Shown piece by piece: positions 1 to 4,020 of a DNA stretch of 4,020 nucleotides. The position numbers were made by a program, and so were the translations under genes. The stretch's first letter is position 1. The number at the start of each line of letters is the position of its first letter. This DNA is from a virus (Duplodnaviria > Heunggongvirae > Uroviricota > Caudoviricetes). The DNA lies in the IMG/VR virus record IMGVR_UViG_2698536454_000011, one strand, 5' to 3'. A model generated the notes under the pieces. The model saw only the letters and a program-made list of their open reading frames with translations. It was not told the DNA's origin and did not search any database.

Positions 1-1014
1 CACATCCCACGCCTTGCGCTGTGTGGTCAGGTACGCATTACAGGTGATGCGCGGCTCCGTGCCGCCAAAACCGTCCGGCACCGACTGGTCGCAGTACTGG
101 CCGATGACATACAGCGCCCATTTATCCACATCTGCCGCACCAAGACGTTTCCCCATGCCGTAGCGCGGATGGGTCAGCATATCCCACAGACACCAGGCCA
201 TGTTGTTGCTGTATGCTGGCTTAAACGTTCCGTCCCAGATACCGCTGTATTGCCGCGTCTGCGGGTTATAGTTCGACGGCACCTGCAGAATGCGCCCGCG
301 AAGATGATAATTACGGCTCACCTGCTGGCTGCCGAACTGCTCCGAGTCCACCTGCACGCCGACCAGTGCCGTGTTCGGGTAGCACTGTTTCACATCGATA
401 ATTTCGGTGTATGACGACCAGAGCGTTTTGTTCTGCAGCTGGTCTGTGGTGCTGTCCGGCGTCATCCTGCGCATCCGGATATTAAACGGGCGCGGCGGCA
501 GGTTATCCACCACCACCGAGGCCAGATACTGTGAAGTGGTTTTGCCCTTAATGGTGATGTCTTTTTCTGTCACCCAGCCACCGTTACGTTGTATCTGAAC
601 CAGCAGGCGGACTTCCGACGGATTCCTGTCCCCCTTTGAGGTGGTTTCCACCAGTGCCTGCACACCGAAGGTAAAGCGCAGACGGTCGATATTTGCAGAC
701 GTGATGGTCCGGGTGATCGGCGTGTCATATTTCACTTCCGTACCCAGCACCGTCTCGGAGCCGGAGGATTCAAATCCCTCCGGCGGAGTCTGCTCCTGCT
801 CACCTGCCCGGAACACCACCGTGACACCGGAGATGTTGGTATTCCCCTCAGTGTCCAGCACCGGCGTATTGTTCAGCAGCACGCTTTTTAATCCATCCAC
901 CGGACCTTCAATCGGCCCTTCACTGATGGCATCAATCACACTCAGCAACTGCGTGGATTTCAGGTTGTCCTTCGCTTCGCGCGGGGTATGCCCCTTACTG
1001 CTGCCTTTACCCAT
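1..1014 (-). CDS. J: Tail tip / host-specificity central fibre protein J, N-terminal 338 codons; gene continues beyond position 1 of the window (3' end not in window)
   Basis: Minus-strand frame starting at ATG (plus-strand 'cat' at 1012-1014) reads MGKGSSKGHT..., and the frame is open to position 1, where it reads ...NNMAWCLWDMLTHPRYGM...DGFGGTEPRITCNAYLTTQRKAWDV. Both stretches match lambda gpJ as I recall it. Absent from the ORF track only because it has no stop inside the window. GGAG lies 8 nt upstream of the ATG. Confidence 0.95.
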   Translation of the reverse strand, partial: MGKGSSKGHTPREAKDNLKSTQLLSVIDAISEGPIEGPVDGLKSVLLNNTPVLDTEGNTNISGVTVVFRAGEQEQTPPEGFESSGSETVLGTEVKYDTPITRTITSANIDRLRFTFGVQALVETTSKGDRNPSEVRLLVQIQRNGGWVTEKDITIKGKTTSQYLASVVVDNLPPRPFNIRMRRMTPDSTTDQLQNKTLWSSYTEIIDVKQCYPNTALVGVQVDSEQFGSQQVSRNYHLRGRILQVPSNYNPQTRQYSGIWDGTFKPAYSNNMAWCLWDMLTHPRYGMGKRLGAADVDKWALYVIGQYCDQSVPDGFGGTEPRITCNAYLTTQRKAWDV

Positions 1015-1022
1015 TCGTCATG

Positions 1023-1026
1023 CTCC
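1023..1026 (-). promoter_or_regulatory. Shine-Dalgarno (GGAG) for J
   Basis: Plus-strand 'ctcc' at 1023-1026 gives GGAG on the minus strand, 8 nt upstream of the J ATG at 1014. Confidence 0.55.
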
Positions 1027-1036
1027 ATAAACGACA

Positions 1037-1056
1037 AAACCGCCCGGAGGCGGTTT
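1037..1056 (-). terminator. Perfect 8-bp stem / 4-nt loop hairpin in the I-J spacer, followed on the coding strand by a T-rich tract; candidate attenuator, RNA-stability or partial intrinsic terminator element
   Basis: Plus-strand 1037-1044 'aaaccgcc', loop 1045-1048 'cgga', 1049-1056 'ggcggttt' (exact reverse complement). On the minus strand this reads AAACCGCC-UCCG-GGCGGUUU followed by UGUCGUUUAU and then the J ribosome-binding site. Confidence 0.35.
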
Positions 1057-1074
1057 CACATAAAACATTTTGCA

Positions 1075-1722
1075 TCAGCGACCAATCACCACAACCTGAC
1101 CACCGTCCCCTTCGTCTGCCGTGCTGATCTCCTGAGAAACCACCCGCGACCCCACACGCATTTCACCGTACAGAACAGGCAAAACATTGCCCTGAGCAAC
1201 CATGTTATCCAGTGAGGAAAAATAGGTGTTCTGTTTGCCGTTATCTGTACTGGCTGCCGTGGACGTCCTGGCTTTCGGTGCCAGCATCTGCGCCACACCG
1301 CCCAGGATCATACTGGCCCCTGCCGCATACATGCCCGATACAGCCGCGGCACCCAGCCAGCCCACAGGGTTCCACCATGCCACCGCAATCAACGCCGCCC
1401 CCAGCACCACCTGAAACACACCGCCACTTTTAGCTCCCGCCAGACGCGGCACGATATGGATCACGGCACCATTTGCCAGCGGCTCATTAAGACGGGCAGA
1501 TAATTCGGTTTCACCTGCATCACGCCCGGCAATGCGCACCTGATACCAGCCGTCATTCAGTTTCTGACGAAACGCCGGGAGCTGTGTGGCCAGCGCCCGG
1601 ATGGCTTCGGCCCCCGTTTTCACACGAAGGTCGATGCGGCGGCCAAATCGTTGCAAATCCCCGTAAAGGCAGATGCGTGCCATGCCCGGTGACGCCAGAG
1701 GGAGTGTGTGCGTCGCTGCCAT
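1075..1722 (-). CDS. I: Tail tip assembly protein I (215 aa); ubiquitin-like N-terminal region ending in Gly-Gly, hydrophobic Gly/Ala-rich middle segment, conserved C-terminus
   Basis: ORF-track protein MAATHTLPLASPGMARICLYGDLQRFGRRIDLRVKTGAEAIRALATQLPAFRQKL...TDNGKQNTYFSSLDNMVAQGNVLPVLYGEMRVGSRVVSQEISTADEGDGGQVVVIGR matches lambda gpI at the N- and C-termini as I recall it. Position is between K and J as in lambda. Start lies inside the 3' end of K. GAGG is about 12 nt upstream of the ATG. Confidence 0.93.
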   Translation of the reverse strand: MAATHTLPLASPGMARICLYGDLQRFGRRIDLRVKTGAEAIRALATQLPAFRQKLNDGWYQVRIAGRDAGETELSARLNEPLANGAVIHIVPRLAGAKSGGVFQVVLGAALIAVAWWNPVGWLGAAAVSGMYAAGASMILGGVAQMLAPKARTSTAASTDNGKQNTYFSSLDNMVAQGNVLPVLYGEMRVGSRVVSQEISTADEGDGGQVVVIGR

Positions 1723-2363
1723 TTGTCGGTATACCTCTCTCGTTTGCTCAGTTGTTCAGGAATATGGTGCAGCAGCTCGCCGTCGCCGCAGTAAATAGCG
1801 GCATGATTCGGCACCGATGAACCAAAACAGCACAGCAGCACATCGCCCGGCTGCGCCGCTGACAACGGCACCTGATACAGCCCTGTGGCCTCCAGATTAT
1901 CCAGATAGAGATTCTGACCGTTACGCCACCAGTCATCCCCGCGATGAAAATCCGGCATCTCAATCCCCGCCAGATGGTAAGCATCCCGGAACAGCGTGTA
2001 ACAGTCCGTCACCCCGTGCTCAAAGCGCCGCCCGGTGAGATGCGGCACACAGCGGAATTTATGAATCTCACCCCGGCAGACCAGCCACCACGGCAAATCA
2101 CTCTGCACCTGCAGCCGCCGGTCAGCCTCACTCAGCCAGGGCAGACCACCGGGGTGGCTGTGGACCAGCGCCACAATCTCACCCTGCATTTCTGCCCGCA
2201 GCCAGTCTTCCGGCGACATACGGAAATACGCCTCCGGCTCACCGGAGATATTCACGCAGGGGAAATATCTTTCCCCCTCCGGCGTGCTTACCACGAAGCC
2301 GCACGACTCCGCTGGCGCACATCGCCGGGCGTGCGCCAGAATCGCTGATTCTGTCTGTGTCAT
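1620..2363 (-). CDS. K: Tail tip assembly protein K, long form (247 aa): N-terminal JAB/MPN (JAMM) metalloprotease-like domain plus C-terminal NlpC/P60 cysteine-peptidase-like domain. The classically annotated 199-aa lambda K corresponds to an internal start at 2219
   Basis: ORF-track protein MTQTESAILAHARRCAPAESCGFVV...ALVHSHPGGLPWLSEAD...GVTDCYTLF...PNHAAIYCGDGELLHH... From M49 (MSPEDWL...) onward it matches lambda gpK as I recall it. The stop overlaps I by 103 nt, the same geometry as lambda. The 5' boundary is uncertain between 2363 and 2219. Confidence 0.85.
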   Translation of the reverse strand: MTQTESAILAHARRCAPAESCGFVVSTPEGERYFPCVNISGEPEAYFRMSPEDWLRAEMQGEIVALVHSHPGGLPWLSEADRRLQVQSDLPWWLVCRGEIHKFRCVPHLTGRRFEHGVTDCYTLFRDAYHLAGIEMPDFHRGDDWWRNGQNLYLDNLEATGLYQVPLSAAQPGDVLLCCFGSSVPNHAAIYCGDGELLHHIPEQLSKRERYTDKWQRRTHSLWRHRAWHASAFTGICNDLAAASTFV

Positions 2364-2368
2364 GGGAT

Positions 2369-3067
2369 TTACTGCGAAAGTTTGTTAATGGAAAGGAAGC
2401 CGCCAAAGTTGCCGACATTATTGCGAAACTTACAGCCACTCAGGCATTTGCTGCATTTATCCTTCGTGATATCGGACGTCGGCTGGTCATATTCATCCGC
2501 GACCGCCGGACCGTTATAACCGCACTCATCACCGCGATAGGTCCAGGTGCAGGTATTAGCCAGCATGATGCGCCCCGGAAAAACGGCACCATCCGTTTCA
2601 GTCGGCGTGGACAGTACAAAGGAGGCACTGACCGCGCTCAATTCGCTGCACTGCTCGATGCGCCAGCGGCTAATCACCTCCTGCTCCGGATCGGCGTCGC
2701 TGTTTCCGTTGACGAAGTTCACCGCATCCAGAAAACGGGCGTAAACCTTACGCCGGACCACCGTTCCGCCGACCAGACTCTGCAGATCTTCCGCCATCCC
2801 GGTGACCATACCGTGCAGGTTAGAAACCGTCAGTGTCGGACGGGCAGCACTGCCCTTGCCGTTCAGTTCAAATCCTGTCCCCTGAATGGGGTATGCCTGA
2901 TACTGCCGCCCCTGCCAGGTAACCGGCTCACCTTTTTCGTTCTGCTCATTACAGAAAAAATAACGTTCACCACCGACCTCTGTCAGATCGATTTCCCAGA
3001 GCACCACCTGGGCTGACTGAGTGAGGCGTGTCGTCTCATGATGTGTTTCCTGTGGAATATCCTGCAT
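2369..3067 (-). CDS. L: Tail tip assembly protein L (232 aa), with C-terminal cysteine cluster (iron-sulfur cluster-binding in lambda gpL)
   Basis: ORF-track protein MQDIPQETHHETTRLTQSAQVVLWEIDLTEVGGERYFFCNEQ...ANTCTWTYRGDECGYNG...KDKCSKCLSGCKF...LSINKLSQ matches lambda gpL as recalled, with the same length. GGAGG is 5 nt upstream of the ATG. Position is between M and K. Confidence 0.95.
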   Translation of the reverse strand: MQDIPQETHHETTRLTQSAQVVLWEIDLTEVGGERYFFCNEQNEKGEPVTWQGRQYQAYPIQGTGFELNGKGSAARPTLTVSNLHGMVTGMAEDLQSLVGGTVVRRKVYARFLDAVNFVNGNSDADPEQEVISRWRIEQCSELSAVSASFVLSTPTETDGAVFPGRIMLANTCTWTYRGDECGYNGPAVADEYDQPTSDITKDKCSKCLSGCKFRNNVGNFGGFLSINKLSQ

Positions 3068-3072
3068 CAGAG

Positions 3073-3077
3073 CCTCC
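3073..3077 (-). promoter_or_regulatory. Shine-Dalgarno (GGAGG) for L, overlapping the M stop codon
   Basis: Plus-strand 'cctcc' at 3073-3077 gives GGAGG on the minus strand, 5 nt upstream of the L ATG (3067). The M stop TAG occupies 3077-3079. Confidence 0.6.
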
Positions 3078-3406
3078 TATGCCACGACCTGTTCAAAATC
3101 TGCCGTTATGGTTACCCACAGCGCCCCCACGCTTGCCGACCATTTACGACAAACCACCCTGATCGGTTTCCAGTCATAAGGTGGCGTCCACTGAAATGCA
3201 CGGACGCCACCGTGCCGTTCCAGAAAGGCTTTTAAAGATGGGTGTTCACATTTACGAACACGTATCGTCACGCTGTAAGTCGACAACTGGTTATTCAGTC
3301 CCGCCGCACGACGCTGTTCATAACCATCGCCCAGCTTCACTGTCACCACTTTCGGCTCTGATACCACATTCATATCCGGGCGCACTTTCCAGTGAAACGT
3401 CTCCAT
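3077..3406 (-). CDS. M: Tail tip assembly protein M (109 aa)
   Basis: ORF-track protein METFHWKVRPDMNVVSEPKVVTVKLGDGYEQRRAAGLNNQLSTYSVTIRVRKCEHPSLKAFLERHGGVRAFQWTPPYDWKPIRVVCRKWSASVGALWVTITADFEQVVA matches lambda gpM as recalled, with the same length. Its ATG overlaps the H stop codon (TAATG). Confidence 0.95.
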   Translation of the reverse strand: METFHWKVRPDMNVVSEPKVVTVKLGDGYEQRRAAGLNNQLSTYSVTIRVRKCEHPSLKAFLERHGGVRAFQWTPPYDWKPIRVVCRKWSASVGALWVTITADFEQVVA

Positions 3407-4020
3407 TACCGATATGCTCCACTTAACCGACCACCATCACGGGCCTGCTGTTGCATAAAGTCCGCTGCCGCTTTTTTCCCGAGGTCATAAACCGCCTTCA
3501 GGGCAGCCGGACCTATCTGCCCGTTCGTGCCATCGTTATTGATCTCGATGTTGTACTGCGGGGAAAACATCGCCATACCTGAACCCCCAATATCCGCCAC
3601 AACCCCCAGCTTACCGTCAGCACCACGACGCAATGGCAAAATGGCTTCAGGTCCCGCTTCCCCCATCACACCCGCGCCTTTTGCAAAAGCAAAAAACGTC
3701 GGACGGTTAACCACCGTGCCACTGTAACGACTCAAATCAGCAGACTGATAAATCCCCCCATTGGCATTCAGGGAAAGGCTGCTGAGATCAAATCCCAGTA
3801 CACTGCCAATCCCTTTTATCGATTTCATCATGGTTGCCTGCGCCAGGATTTTCGCCATATCTGACAGCACAGAAGAGGTGAAGGATTTGAAATTGAGTTT
3901 GCCGGTAGTGACAAAAGTTGTAAGCGTCGTCTCAGCACCGTCTGGCAGATCCTGAAATTCCTGAGAGAATAGTGGACACCAAATATGGTGGACGCTATCC
4001 ATGAAATCATTAACCGCAGT
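3406..4020 (-). CDS. H: Tail tape-measure protein H, C-terminal ~204 codons; gene starts beyond the window end (5' partial)
   Basis: The minus-strand frame is open from the window edge (4020) to the TAA at 3406-3408. The track ORF 3406..4002 starts at an internal Met; the codons upstream (...TAVNDF-MDSVHH...) contain no stop. Position immediately upstream of M, and the Gly/Ala/Ser-rich C-terminus, are consistent with a lambda-type tape-measure protein. Confidence 0.9.
   Translation of the reverse strand, partial: TAVNDFMDSVHHIWCPLFSQEFQDLPDGAETTLTTFVTTGKLNFKSFTSSVLSDMAKILAQATMMKSIKGIGSVLGFDLSSLSLNANGGIYQSADLSRYSGTVVNRPTFFAFAKGAGVMGEAGPEAILPLRRGADGKLGVVADIGGSGMAMFSPQYNIEINNDGTNGQIGPAALKAVYDLGKKAAADFMQQQARDGGRLSGAYR

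Noticed and set aside
641-1030. 129-aa plus-strand ORF (and neighbouring plus-strand ORFs 169..414, 407..598, 988..1215)
   Set aside because: Antisense to the J coding sequence and the I-J junction. The translations are low-complexity and Ser/Pro/Thr/Arg-rich, as expected of out-of-frame reads. J on the minus strand fully explains the region.
1086-1298. 70-aa minus-strand ORF nested inside I in another frame; likewise 1748..1984 inside K and 2440..2628 inside L
   Set aside because: Alternative-frame ORFs wholly inside confidently assigned genes. Cys/Arg/Trp-rich composition typical of off-frame translation.
2217-2219. Internal Met49 as the sole start of K (199-aa form)
   Set aside because: Not fully rejected, since it has a plausible Shine-Dalgarno. 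It is disfavoured as the only start because the 48 upstream codons are open, begin 5 nt after the L stop, and contain the glutamate needed to complete the JAMM motif.
1944-2348. 134-aa plus-strand ORF, also 1817..2038 and 1584..1820 on the plus strand
   Set aside because: Antisense to K, with Pro/Arg-rich translations characteristic of non-coding frames. No independent support.
2357-3016. 219-aa plus-strand ORF
   Set aside because: Lies exactly antisense to the confidently identified L gene. No recognisable protein features or ribosome-binding site. A typical shadow ORF in GC-rich coding DNA.
3406-4002. Treating the 198-aa track ORF as a complete gene
   Set aside because: The frame stays open upstream of the Met at 4002 through to the window edge, so this is the C-terminal part of the much larger tape-measure gene H, not a standalone 198-aa protein.
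1-4020. RNA genes, CRISPR arrays, insertion sequences, integrase or attachment sites, defence or other accessory cargo
   Set aside because: No direct-repeat/spacer periodicity, no tRNA-like cloverleaf candidates, and no terminal inverted repeats were seen. Essentially every base is accounted for by six contiguous tail genes on one strand, leaving no room for an inserted element.

Overview
The window is the tail-tip assembly module of a lambda-like (lambdoid) phage or prophage, encoded entirely on the minus strand in the canonical order H (3' end) - M - L - K - I - J (5' start). I recognise the proteins from memory of phage lambda; no search was run. Coding density is about 98%, and the only non-coding stretch is the 60-nt I-J spacer, which contains a perfect 8-bp hairpin. 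All plus-strand ORFs in the track are antisense shadows of these genes. I do not see a novel, undescribed system here; this is a well-known structural-gene block. The points most worth a second look are: (1) the K reading frame opens 48 codons upstream of the Met classically used as the lambda K start, and that extension carries the glutamate that completes a JAMM/MPN metalloprotease motif; (2) K combines a JAB/MPN domain with an NlpC/P60 cysteine-peptidase domain and sits next to I, which has a ubiquitin-like N-terminus ending in Gly-Gly followed by a hydrophobic segment; (3) K and I overlap by 103 nt in different frames; (4) the I-J hairpin. The I protein here is 215 aa, and its middle section differs from what I recall of canonical lambda I, which suggests a lambdoid relative rather than lambda itself, but I cannot verify this without an alignment.
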